DNA of 64,000 bases from Azolla caroliniana (lineage: Eukaryota; Plantae; Polypodiophyta). The stretch spans positions 10,540,001-10,604,000 of the forward strand of contig JBHGNT010000005.1 of NCBI GenBank assembly GCA_043228905.1, given 5' to 3'. Below are positions 1 through 11,965 of the stretch, piece by piece. Below the pieces are notes generated by a model. That model saw only the letters and a list, made by a program, of their open reading frames with translations, searched no databases and was not told where the DNA came from. A program made the translations under genes and the position numbers. Every line of letters starts with the position of its first letter. Positions within the stretch are counted from its first letter, which is position 1.

Positions 1-198
1 TTGCCGGATCGTCGCTACGGCTTTCCGGTTCAGGAGCTTCCACTCCGACTCTATTACCCCCTTGGGTATCTCGGCATTGTCGATCGGTTCATACAGGTCT
101 CGGACGATGAGAAGATCTTCCATCTTTATCTTCCAGTCGGCGTAGTTCTGTGAGTTCAACACCATCATGCCCGGAGGCCCACTACCGCCGCCTTCCAT
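1..198 (-). pseudogene. Ty1/Copia gag N-terminus (element continues left of the window)
   Basis: Minus-strand translation from ATG at 198: MEGGGSGPPGMMVLNSQNYADWKIKMEDLLIVRDLYEPI, a typical Copia gag start, just downstream of a PBS. Confidence 0.8.
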
Positions 199-214
199 TT
201 TCTGTGTTACCGTC

Positions 215-226
215 GCTCTGATACCA
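215..226 (-). promoter_or_regulatory. Primer-binding site (tRNA-iMet)
   Basis: gctctgatacca is the reverse complement of TGGTATCAGAGC, 5 nt from the LTR edge. Confidence 0.9.
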
Positions 227-231
227 CTTAT

Positions 232-895
232 TGTAAAACAACGCTCGGTCACAAACCGAGGAATAGGATCAACTCACAGAAAACGGGAAATGCAAAGTGC
301 ACGAGGACAGTAGAGAGAGGAGTACACAGGATGTTTTACGTGGAAAACCCTAAATGGGAAAAACCACGGGAGTCCTCAAACTCCAACTATCACTATAAAC
401 AGAGGTGTACAATGGTGAAGCTACAAGGCAACGACCTTGAGCTCACTGTCTTCGCCACAGGCGGCGGTGATACACAGAGATGTCGACCTCTTCCTTTATC
501 TCCCTCTCTCTCTCGGCTGCTCTCACTTTGCTCTCTCAGCTGAAAACATAAAAATGAGCAACAACATTTAAACTGTTTGCCCTAAGTCATATTTATACAC
601 ATATGACTTTCGGGCTATTTACAAATATAGCCTCAAGGGCTCTTGGCAAACATATTCACAAATATGTCCCCGCATCCGGATCTCTCTCCGGGTACATTCG
701 TCATCCGGCTCCGTAGCCGGGGTCTTCATCATCCGGCTCCGTAACCGGGGTCTTCATCATCCGGCTCTGTAGCCGGGGTCTTCATCATCCGGCTCCGTAG
801 CCGGGGTCTTCATCATCCGGCTCCGTAGCCGGGGTCTTCATCATCCGATTCCCGGACATCCGACCATCCCATCCGGAGGGACCGTAATCCCAACA
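232..895 (-). mobile_element. Copia 5' LTR (family A, related to LTRs at 26038-26666, 30674-31276, 62046-62561)
   Basis: TG...CA ends (tgtaaa...ccaaca) and adjacent PBS. Shares blocks such as tttgccctaagtcatatttata and acgtggaaaaccc with the other family A LTRs. Confidence 0.85.
701..840. repeat. 5 x 28-bp tandem repeat in the Copia LTR
   Basis: Unit tcatccggctccgtagccggggtcttca repeated five times, each with an internal inverted repeat CCGGCT-ccgt-AGCCGG. Confidence 0.95.
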
Positions 896-2507
896 ATTAC
901 CGCCATTGTTCAGTCTTGGATTTGAATAACTATTCTGTCTATTGATTATCTTGTGTATTGTTCTATATAATCTTGTGTATTGCGGAATATTTTTGTGTAT
1001 AGTTGTTGCCCATAGCCATCTTTAATACGTGTCTTTTTTTCGGGAAAATTAGGGTTTAAACCCGTCAAGCCAAATGGAAGGGTAAGGAGGGTGTTTAGAA
1101 TATCCCCTCAATGATCATCAAGATAAGAATGACACTATCAGGACACAACAAGCGATACGAAAGTATTGGGCAAAAAAAAGAAGAAAACAACGTCAATTGT
1201 TGAAGGATACGAAAACCACACTCACTAAAGGTAAAGATAGTATTGGTTGGGATATAGGTCTAAATATCACTGAGAATGGAAGTAATGAGACTATTATCAT
1301 AGAGAGAAAGGTTGTAGACTATTTCAATGTTCAAACCAAGCACATCAACAATAAAGACAAGAAGGTAGTACTTTATGTAATATTAAATCATCCATCAATA
1401 AAGGAGTTAGTTGATTGTAATGGTCTTAATGCAAACATAACATCTGTACTAGTAAATAATCTCCGTAATAGTTTTGTATCCATGAGCAGGTCAGAAGATG
1501 ATCTTGTCTTAAAAAGTTTTAGTCTAATGATGTCACTTAATAGTGATGTTGACGATATTAACATTAGTGTGCTATCTAAGGTAATTGGTGTTAGTAGAAA
1601 AAGTGTGTACAATACATTGAACCGAATAGTTTCCTCGGGTGAAGGAACTAGTCTGCTAAAGCTAACAACAAGATGTAAGCCAATGAGACCCATAACATCA
1701 GAAATCAAGGATATAATCACAATATTTTGGACTAATGAGAGTAGGGTTTCACACAATAAGAAGGATTTATGCAGGAAACATGTTGGAAGGAGTTAATACG
1801 AGGAGCATCCCATTCATCTTCTTGATGTACCTCAAGTATTTACATTTATCTCAACATTTGTTTTGACTTTTGAGCTTAGTTAGTTAGCTTATTAGCTACC
1901 TCTAAATATGACCATAACCGAATAGCTAATTACTTACCTCACAATATGCCCATTGCGAACTAGCTACTAGTAATAGCTAATTAGCTCCCTAAGTATATCA
2001 AAATAGCTAATTAGTGAAGTATGGTAGTAGCTAATTAGCTACCAGTTAGCTAATTAGCTATTGTACTAAACTATGGTAGTAACTAATTAGCTACCACTTC
2101 GCTAATTAGCTACTAGTTAGCTAATTAGCTATTGTACTAAACTATGGTAGTAACTAATTAGCTACTGTACTAAACTATGGTAGTAGCTAATTAGCTACCA
2201 CTTAGCTAATTAAGTATTGTATTAAACTATGCTAGTAGCTAATTACCTGCCACTTAGCTAATTAGCTATTGTACTAAACTATTTAGCTACCATTTAGCTA
2301 ATGTATTAAACTATGGTAATAGCTAATTAGCTACCACTTAGCTAATTAGCTACTCAACTAAAGTATGGTAGTAGCTAATTAGCTACCACTTAGCTAATTA
2401 GATACTGTACTAAACTATGGTAGTAGCTAATTAGCTACTCAACTAAAGTATGGTAGTAGCTAATTAGCTACCACTTAGCTAATGTATTAAACTATAGTAG
2501 TAGCTAA
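896..2507 (+). mobile_element. Truncated second copy of the Sola2-like DNA transposon (transposase exon 1 plus part of the palindrome-array intron)
   Basis: Reverse-complement match to about 37690-39290. ORF 1197-1796 nearly matches ORF 38304-39059. Cut on the left by the Copia LTR and on the right by a Gypsy fragment. Confidence 0.9.
1877..2507. repeat. TAGCTAATTAGCTA palindrome array (copy 1)
   Basis: Recurrent 14-bp palindrome with ccact and ctgtactaaactatggtag spacers. Confidence 0.95.
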
Positions 2508-2509
2508 TG

Positions 2510-3630
2510 ATTTCATTGTGAACCTGGTGAAGAGGAAGCGGCTCTCAACGGAGCCGGAGCCGGAGCCGGAAAAGCCAGTCAAAGTAAAGGCGGCCCACGT
2601 CGGAGAGGTAACACTGGAAGAAGAGTTTCCGGATAGCTACTATACATGGCTGCATTGGGCAAGAGCTATGGCGGAGACCCCAGTCCGGATCGGGGATGTT
2701 AAAGAGCTGGTGGTGGCATTAATCGACCATGGGTCAAAGATTAACCTAATGTCCATGGACTTCTGTAAGAAGGATAAGTGACCGATTAATACCAGGCATG
2801 GCTGGAAGATTCGCGCGGTAACTCACACCACGGAAGAGCTTCACGGGGCATGCCCGAGCGTTTGGGTAATGGTTGGTGATGTTGAAATAGACCAGCATTT
2901 CTTCATTCAGGAGTCGTCATCACATCCGATTATAGTTGGCGAACCTTACATCACGGTGGCACTGATGGAGATGAAGGTGTTGGACAATGGATCGGCGTAC
3001 AGACGTGTGAAGAGCCAGGACGGTAGGCACTCCATCCAATTCTTGACAATACGGCTAAATCACGAAAGGAACCGGGATTCTCTCGGCAACGAGAGCCAAG
3101 AGTATTTTTAGACAGGACTATCAAGGCATGGGGCCGCGATAGTCTGGACAACCAGGAGAAACCCCACACATGTATACTAGGTAGGAAATTTTGGCCTTCC
3201 GCGAGTGGAGGTTATACCATAATTGGTTTCGGTGGCCGGGAGAAGACGCAGGTGGAAGGATGCCTGAAGGCATGCGGCGCCTTAGGTTCCGATGACAAGA
3301 TCAGTCATGCCGTGGAGGCAGTCTCATTCAACGACACCCTCGGGGAGATCGAGAAGATAGTCGAAGAGGATCTTAGCGAACACTGGGTCATTCTAGTAAA
3401 TTCCATCGAGATGTACGAAGTCATCGTGGCCTTTAGGAAGATGATTGGGTCAGATCGGACCGCCCGAGTAGACACCAAGGACAAGACTGTGGACCGGAAG
3501 GCGAGGCCATTCACGGCTCCCTTGCTGGAGGACAACTAGAAACAGATGAAAGGGGTCGTGATGGACCCAAGTTTATGAGATCCGGCTAGCATAGGACACT
3601 AGTTCATCGATGAGATGATGCGGAAGCTCA
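2510..3630 (+). pseudogene. Ty3/Gypsy aspartic protease region fragment
   Basis: ORFs 2518-2781 (ALIDHGSKINLM, degenerate D-S/T-G motif) and 2869-3111 (HPIIVGEPY), interrupted by stops. Confidence 0.7.
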
Positions 3631-3809
3631 AGAAATGGAAGCGTTCTCTTATTACTATACTCTCTCACTCAAATACTCGATGTATACAAGAATGATCAGG
3701 CGGTTTTCTTATTACAACATTAGGTTATGGTTTATATTTTAAGCCCTAACTCTTTGGACGTGTTCACACTAGGATACAACGTGGAGGGAGTCGGCTCGTT
3801 ATGCCAACA
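3631..3809 (-). mobile_element. Partial Copia LTR (family B)
   Basis: Ends ...ggagtcggctcgttatgccaaca, like the LTRs at 7539-7812, 11677-11965 and 63302-63596. Confidence 0.75.
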
Positions 3810-5309
3810 CCAATTAGTTGTCGACCAACAACTAGTCAAAGTCATCCAACTAGGGATGTAGAAAGAAATGACCCAAATGGAGGAGTTGCACAAATAAGAA
3901 TTAACAAACTTATAGACAAACTTAAACTTGATCCAAGCGCGATATCAAGTGCAATCGGCAGGGACTGCAAGGAAGATCAAGTGACTCGAAGACAATGAAA
4001 AAGAAATGAGGGCTAAAGTAGAAATGGACACGAACCAAATCAAGGTCCTAATCGGCACCAACAGGGACCGGTTCATGAAAAAGGTCGTTGATGCGATGGA
4101 AAGGAAATGGGAGGCCTGGTCGGCCCAAGCAGCTAAATTGCACATATTCCATGCAAACCAAGAGAATCGGTGGAAAGAAGGGATTCTACAAGCTCGACGA
4201 GGAAAGTGTCACATCAATTTGGGAGGAGCTAGCAAGGATTACCACTCATTGGCCCAACTCCACTCTTGGGAAATATAGAGGTTGTTGGAAGAATTCGGGA
4301 AAACCCAGCTCCGACATGTGGTGGAGCTGGAAGCATACGAAACCGAACGAATTCAGACAAAAGAAAACCATAAGGAGGGACAAGAGATGCAACAAATCGC
4401 TCTGCTTGACAACTAATCTAGCACGAAATCCCAGGAAGTGGCTGACCAAATAACCCCAAGACCCTTGGCAGACGAACAAGCGTCAACCAACATAGAAAGG
4501 AAAGAGGTAGGCCAGAGGTAGGACTACACAAACACACCAAGACGTAACCACTCAGCAGCTAGAGGAGAAAGATAAGGTCGACCAAGCCCATCAAGAAGGG
4601 ACAAATACTGAAGAAGATCTGATGGTGGTCATAGAGGACCAAAGAGTAGGAAACACACAAACAAAGGCCCATCCAACAACACCTGAAAACAACACCACCA
4701 GCATCGGTGAATGAGCTTAGCCAGAGTTGAACATGTTGCACATCTTTGAAGAAGCATAGCCGGATACTTTTTTGGGTTCGACCGTGCATGACAGTGGCCC
4801 ACAGGCGTGCCATGTGTTGGTTGGCCAGGACAACCAAGGTATGAAAGGGCCGTATGGACAAGTGCAGGTCAAAATGGGGCCAAACGGGGAGTTGTAAGAT
4901 AATGCATGTAATATAATTAAAAGAGGTAGTAGCAGTTCACATTCTAAAATGTAATCGTCCATGCTTTCTATAAAAAGGGACATGGTGATTTGTAAACAGG
5001 GGTCGGTTGTATTGAGTCACTCAATCAAGAGAATATATGTTTGCTATATTCTGTGCTTGTGTTTTAAGAATATCTAGTTTTATTGTGTGCTATAAGGAAC
5101 TAGTCAGTTGTAGCTGGCTTGGCCCATAGACTTTGCAAATACACCAACTCGATCCCAGACTATCCAAAGCAACCTTTTGGGCTCTATAGTAGAAGTTGTA
5201 ACCTATTGTGTCTTCCCAGTCCACATTTCCCACCTCTTGACCACAAGACCTTGAGTCGGATACTAAAGGAACAATTATTTGAACCTCGCGTTACTATAAG
5301 GTAGTAACA
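3810..5309 (+). mobile_element. 3' part of a non-chromovirus Gypsy: extra-ORF remnant, PPT and 3' LTR (4893-5309)
   Basis: ORF 4006-4278 (IKVLIGTNRDRF...WEAWSAQAAKLHIFHA) is homologous to ORF 59055-59702. Purine tract aaacggggag is followed by TG...CA with a TATA-like ctataaaa. Confidence 0.65.
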
Positions 5310-7538
5310 TCTACCAGAACCGTGTCGCGTCACATGTCGTTCCCGATCATTGGCGAAACTTCACGTTTCTATCTAGAGGAGTTGAGACGGATTTGAAGTC
5401 CATAATTCTAAACTTGAAGGTCATAGTCAGTACATAATGCCTTCGGCTTATTGGTATGCCTTCCAGGGTGCGGATCACTTTGATCCCGAGGAAGTAATGA
5501 AGGTACCCAAGTTGCTTCATTTCGAATGATGTGGCAAGCTAGACTTCACGCGACCGATTTCCTCTAGGTTGGCGCGGATGATGACTAAATCATGATCATA
5601 AAGCAGTATGCTTACTGGCAAATTCTGACCCTGTCTACTCAAGAGTGGAGTGTCTGACTTTGACAGAGCAAACCTATCCAATGCAATCTCTCCGTTATCT
5701 TCGTGTTCCACGCACGTGGGGCTTGCTTTAGTGTGTAAAGGAACTTCTTCAGTCAGTAGACGGTTGTCATGTTCAATCCGGACTGAAAACTAGGAGGTTG
5801 CACCATATACGCTTGTTCCTCATTGAGCTCTCCTTGCAAGAATGTGTTCTTTACGTCCATCTGGTTTAGGTGCCATCCCTTCGCCGCCACTACCTCCTGC
5901 CACACCCAGACGATTTTCTGGTCGGAGTTGATGTCGTGTTGTTGTGCGTAGCCCTTGGCCACCAATCGGGCCTTGTATCAGTTGGCAAAGCAGTCGGTCT
6001 TGTACTTCACTTTGTATACCCAACGACATTCGATCGGCTTCACACCCTTGAGGGTGTCAACCAGGGCCCATGTGTCATTCTTGATTAATGTGTGCATCTC
6101 TTCCTCAATTGCAGCTCGCCAATTTGCGTTGTCGTAGTGTATTTCGTACACTACATGAAAAACTTATAAAGTAATGTTTTAGTAAATATGAAGAAATAGA
6201 AGAAAATCTCAAAATAAATAATACATGCATAGGGCAAAATTCAAACCTTGCACCTCCATGTTAATAATGTAATGTCTTACCATTACACTAGCATTTCATT
6301 AGTGTTCAAAAGTAGATGTTCCACATAGAAAGGTTAGTTCACCTAGGATAAACTTTAGTTAAAAGAAAAACGCATGCTAAAAGAAAAAGCTACGCATGCA
6401 CATCTAGCGTGCATGAACGCTATAGTTGATAATAAAAAACGCACAAGTTAGAAAAAGCATGATCACTTTAGATAAAGCATATAGTCTATCTATAGGAAAA
6501 GCATGGAGTCTATAGTTCGAGAAGAAAAAGCAGGGATTGCTAAGACTCTCTCATCTCTATATAAGGATGAGGAGCACAATGTAAGTGTGTGAAATATTTG
6601 GGAAATTGGATATATTTCCTAAAACACCAATAATAAAATAGAATCATGGGATTCACGAAGTTTTATATAATCTATCTCTTTCAATCTAAATTCATATTCT
6701 TACATAAATATTGATTAATGTAATACTTGTGGGATTCACAAGGTTTGATCTCTTTTCTCAATCTACTCTAATCTATTCTAAACTATTTCAATTTATTACT
6801 ACGATTAAGATAAACTAAAACAATTATACTTGTGGGATTCACAAGTTTCTATATCTCTTTCTTATAATCTATTCATATTCATAACTAGATTAGCCTCAAA
6901 TTCTTCCTCCTCCTAGTCCAAAACCCCGGTGGTTCCCACCCGACTCACGCAACAATCCGGAGCCGAAAGGCATGACAGCGTCCTTCACCGCCTCTCCATA
7001 GCTATCCGGCCCACGCAATTCTGCCACTTTTGCCATGTACACATAGTGATGTGCCATGTATATTCATTGTACCTGTACCATATTACAAGGTTCTTCTGGC
7101 GGGTGGATCGGCGAAACTTGTGGTTTGCCGATTTCATGGCCCTCTTGGCGGACACTGACCTCAACTCTTGGAGCCCGATGCGTCGGCATCTATGTTGTAT
7201 CCCGACATCTTCATCTTCCCCTTCTCTTTGTGCAAAAGCCATGTCCTTGGCTTCTAGCGCAAGGATTGCACGACCGAGTCTTTGCATCTCTCCAGGACCT
7301 CATCCCTAGTAATCGGCTCAAACCCTTCAAGAGTCGAAGGATAGAAGGGAGTACCAAGACGTCTATTCATCAAAGACAACATCACGTCTCATTCATACTT
7401 TCTTTGTCCGAGGGTTGTAGCACTTCTACCCCTTCTTCTTGTGCAAGTAACTGACCAAGATACACTTCTCCGCCTTGGCATTTTGCTTCCTTCGTCTCTC
7501 ATCTGGTATATGCATGTATGCAATGCAATCGAACACCT
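5310..7538 (-). pseudogene. Decayed Copia integrase C-terminus/RT fragment, interrupted by a solo LTR
   Basis: VAKGYAQ, WHLNQMDVKNTFLQG and KAEKCILVSY motifs. Same family as 47297-51459 (RRSTRQKN block). Confidence 0.8.
6130..6977. mobile_element. Solo LTR (family C), 4-bp TSD GCGT
   Basis: TGTCGT...ATGACA flanked by gcgt on both sides; closely matches 36074-36822. Confidence 0.85.
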
Positions 7539-7812
7539 TGTTAAATTTGATATGTGGAAGAATATGTGAGGACCTGCAAGGTGATGTCAAGCAAACAATT
7601 TGACATACAAAACACAAAAGTCGAGTGTGCACAATATGAAGGAAAGTAAGAAACAAGAGAACTCGGATGAAGCTCTAATGGAAACTTGTTCTCTTCTGTA
7701 ACTCTCTCTATTCTAATGTTACGTTTGGGCTTAGATATACTGAAGCCTTAACCTGTGGACGCATTCACGCTTAAGGATACAATTTTAAAGGAGTCAGCCT
7801 TTTATGCCAACA
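7539..7812 (-). mobile_element. Copia 3' LTR (family B variant) with PPT at about 7813-7822
   Basis: Ends ...ccttttatgccaaca, followed by aactccctc (PPT on the minus strand). Confidence 0.7.
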
Positions 7813-8257
7813 AACTCCCTCGTAAAAAGGTTACTCTTCCTAAGTATACAAGTAATTAGGGCTATCTCCCTCGTGAACCTAGATTACAATTTAAATCTAT
7901 AGTCACAATTGTATGCATACAAGATAGTCGGCATTCAGCCGAATCTATAGAGGTAATGTCGGGATGTAGCCTAACTCAGCTAATCATCCAAATCGTATGT
8001 CGTCCGGGTCAACTAATATGAGTCGGTTGGATCATTTGTCTCATGTCGTTTTGTGTCTAAATCGACTTTTTCATTCGGATCGGCTTATGTCCAATTCTGA
8101 CTCTCTGCCTCTAGTCGATCATCTACTCCCCGTTGTTGTGGAGGATTCCGGCAACAAGAAGAAACTTCACCGATCGCACGTGAACGGAGGTGTGCACTGA
8201 TGCACAAGAAAATGTCTTTATGTACATATATGTGTGAATAACATAGTATTAGTTGAG

Positions 8258-9092
8258 TGTTGAAGAATACTAGGTAGGCGGGATTTGATAGATACTTTAA
8301 ATTCACATGAATATAGAGAGGCATAAAGTTGATTAGAAGGGAGGACATCGAGGAAAGGATCTCTGACAGAAAGTGGTTATCTTAACAGCCTGATGTAATG
8401 ACCTCTCTCCTAGAGCTATAAAAGGCGGGAGAGAAGACATAGGGGGGGGATCGAGGAGTTGGAGGACGAAGTGTTGTCGGTTTGAGTTCCGAGCTCTATC
8501 GTTCCCTCTTCTCTGTACTGATTTCAGGAAGAAAATGGAGGCCTCTCCTTGCATAGCCCGTGTGCTCCTGACCAAAGGCCATTGTTTTGCGCCTATGTGT
8601 GTGTGTGTACAGCTCAAACCTCTTTTTCCTGGTCGCTCCGGTTGTAATTTCTTGTTCTCTTTGTTAATCATTAGTTGGCTAAGTATCCTGTGTGTTTTGG
8701 GCATCCCTGCGTTCTTATCTCTACTCTATTTTTGTTTGTGCATTGCACGTCGAGCCCATAAGCCCATGCCGAAAAAACTCTTGTTGACCGGAACTCCATC
8801 AGTCTTCTCTCACGGTCGAAAATTCCTCGACCGGATTACTACTCGACGATTGATAACTTCGATCGGAGCTGGCTTGACACGAACCTTCTCGTTCGGTCAA
8901 CATAATTGCTCGATTGGATCGCACACCAATCATCTTATCCATTGTGGTACCGTTATTTAGGTTTATCAATAATTGTGGGTGTATGTGGGTCTGTATATAT
9001 AGATATAGATATGTTTTTCTTCCTTAGTATGTGTAGTGATGAGTTGTGTTTTAGAAATTTTATGTCCTACCCCTCAGGGTTTTTTATCAACA
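8258..9092. mobile_element. LTR-like segment
   Basis: Inverted ends TGTTGA...TCAACA and a TATA-like gctataaaagg near 8415; no matching TSD. Confidence 0.55.
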
Positions 9093-9093
9093 A

Positions 9094-9225
9094 TCTTATC
9101 ATGGTATTCCTCATGTTGTATGCATAGTTTTCCAATGAATTCTTTAATTCAATCTTCTTCCTGTGCTCCTCATCCGTAGACTTATACTTCTCAGTATCGC
9201 TCACCATCTTCTCAATCTCTTCCTC
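9094..9225 (-). pseudogene. HSP70: Captured fragment of cytosolic HSP70 (helical lid region)
   Basis: Minus-strand translation [44 protein letters not shown] versus the plant Hsp70 consensus [41 protein letters not shown]. Confidence 0.9.
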
Positions 9226-10779
9226 AACTTCTTCTTCTTCATCATCTTCTTCTCAAGATTCTTTACCTCTCCAATACCTTTGTATGTTGAATCCTTGTGT
9301 AGTAAGTAGCTGAGAGTTTGTTCCACTTTCATTGCTAGCCATCGTCATCCTAGTCGATATCTTCTACTCATGGTTGCCACACAATCATAAAGATGCGACC
9401 GAACATTTGATAAGAATGTCCTTGTTCCAGGGCTTTGATCCTTCATTATCGTGCATATCCTTCACACTATGCATGGTTTCTACAGCGGCAACGATGGTGG
9501 CTGTCCATCGTTCCTGGCTGTTGATCCATGAGGACTGCTATTGTTGGTAATTGTGGACTGCTTTCTTGATGGCACCGAGTTTTGGAGATGAAGATCAGTG
9601 GAACATATTGATGGAGCGCTTGAGAGAGTAGAAGGTGGTGCTTAGCAAGTGTATGTGCATGTTCTCCTTCTGATCTCACCTCAGATATTGACCGTGAATT
9701 TTCCTGTGCAGAGACATTGCGGCGATGAAGGAGACGTGAAAACTTTCTTGAGGGTAGAGAACAGGACAGGAAACGGGGAGAAAGATGGTGCGTATAGATT
9801 GTGGATATGGAAAGCTTCGATGATAGGGAGGAAGGCTATGCAAAAAACAAAAAACGCGAGCTTTCTTTCAGCCAATTAAAGGTAGATGCCAAGTTCTCAA
9901 AGGGAACGATGGCAATGGCGATGGCAAACTGGAGAGATAGCTGCGAGGTTTGGATATTAGGAGATCCTACCCAGACAAAGGGTTCGGTGAGGAAAGCAAT
10001 GGAAACCTTCTTCCTGCTAAGCTGTCTATGAAGACACAAGCTTGTAAGGTAGCTGTCTGAGAGAGAAAAGGAAAAGGAAGAAAATAGCCCCAGATTCTCC
10101 TGTGAAAGGCGAGGAAGAAGTTGTTGGAGAACGACAGATCAAAGATTGTTAGCCTTCTCCCTACTTCTCACCATCTCCAACACAGATCCAGATAGACACG
10201 CAGAGAGGGAGAGAATGAGGGATTAGTGATGGAGCAGGACAGTGAAGGAGGGAGAGAGTGACCTCTTCTCAAGGGAGGTCGGTCGTTCGGGCGTGCCAAA
10301 AGTGTTAATGGGTGAGGGGTGAAGCCTAGAATGGCTTCACCCCCCTCCCAAGGGAGTTAAGTTCGAGAGTGAGTGAGAGAGAAAGAAAAATAGAAAATGA
10401 CACAAAAATGAGGGGGAAAATGTTATATTCCGTATGTGCCCCATAAGGAGTTTTTATAGTACATAATGTAATAGTATATAATGACCGTTACAAAAAGACG
10501 ATCGTTGCATTCTTGTCACATGCACATAATTGTGCATGTGCGCACACATACTCATCCTCACACACTCGTATACATATTACATATTACATACCGTAGACTT
10601 TACACACCATACACATTACACCTTATCCATCCCGTACACCTATATGAATAACACCTGGCACGCTCGCTCCTATGCTCCTCGTTAGATCCTTGATCTGTCT
10701 TTGGGTTCGTTAGTTCCTCAATTGTCTCCTCTCCCATCGGTATCCAAGCTCATTACTACATCTTTAGCCTCTCGGCATT

Positions 10780-11965
10780 CTCATTGTTTGGACTTTGCCT
10801 TTTCAGCTCGACCGATTGGGCAAGTCTTCGACTTTCCTTGAAAGGACGCAGTCCCGACGAAGTGATACATCGCGTCTTTATGCTTCGAGGTGTTGTGTTG
10901 GACCTTTTTCATGACAAAGCAACAACACCCTGACTGTCACTATAGAAAACTCGAGCCCAGTCAAAGTCGACTTGTTGAAACGTACAAGCCAACCAATCGA
11001 GCCATAGGGCCTCTTTTACCACATCGGATGTAGCTACAAATTTTGCCTCGGTCGTTGACTTTGTAGTGCACTCCTAAAGTTTCGACTTCCATGAGATTGC
11101 TCCATTGCCAAATTTAAAGCAATATTCGGTTGTCAATTTTCGACTGTCCACATACCCGGAAAATTCTAAGTCGGTATAATCGACTATGCCAGAAGTATCG
11201 TTCACGCCAAATAGGATGCCATAGTCTTTTGTGCCCACCAAGTATCTAAACACATGCTTTACGACATTCCAATGCGATCAATCAAGATTGTGCATAGCTT
11301 GTAGCTTCCCCCATAATGAGAACGTTGTCGTCTCTTTTGCCATGCTGAAGTAGATGTTTTCGGCTAGGTGCATTTGAATGGTGGAGTGTGTGATTTCGTC
11401 CATTGATCTCCACTCATCCGCTGACATGGAAGCTGACTTTTCCGAGTGTTGAATGGCCTCGACCTGTCTTCGAATAATCAATACATCTTGCATCATCTCC
11501 TTCCATAGGACAAAGTTTTTGCCATCGAATTTTTGGATCTCAACTCTTGTACCGGATGTTGAAGTCATGAGTCTTTTGAAAGTGAGATTTGCTAACCTAT
11601 TCTTTCTTTCTTTCTTTTTTCAGCCCTTGTTTTTGTTGTTTGTTGCCGTTGGGGCGCGGATCGTACCGATACCAGTTAAAAGATAGATATGCGCAGAAAC
11701 GTATGTGAGGACCTATCAGTTATGCTCAACAAACAACATAGAGGGAAGGCAAGAAGATATAGAAAAATGATAGATAGACACAAATGAAACTTTAATGGAA
11801 GCTCTCTTTATTTCTGTTCTGTCTCTCTCAGATACTCGATATACAAGATGATCAAGTGATCTCTACTTTGCAACATTAGGTTATTGCTTATATACTACGT
11901 CCTAACTATATGGATGAGTTCACACTAGGATACAAAGTGGAAGGAGTTGGCCTTTTATGGCAACA
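10780..11965 (-). mobile_element. Internally deleted Copia (family B): 5' LTR 11677-11965, gag start at 11568, joined directly to an RNase H remnant
   Basis: MTSTSGTRVEIQKFDGKNFVLWKEMMQDVL gag start. Abrupt join near 11290 to sequence homologous to the RNase H region of the 15784-19815 Copia. Confidence 0.8.

Noticed and set aside
8258-9092. Clean solo-LTR call and ORFs 8333-8704 / 8535-8960
   Set aside because: The flanks (ttgag and atctt) form no TSD, and the ORFs show no protein-like motifs.
9681-9875. ORF resembling a signal-peptide protein (MAERKLAFFVFCIAFL...)
   Set aside because: Starts at TTG rather than ATG, is short, and has no recognisable family.
7539-11965. Single intact Copia bounded by LTRs 7539-7812 and 11677-11965
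   Set aside because: The two LTRs are clearly different subfamilies and there is no shared TSD.
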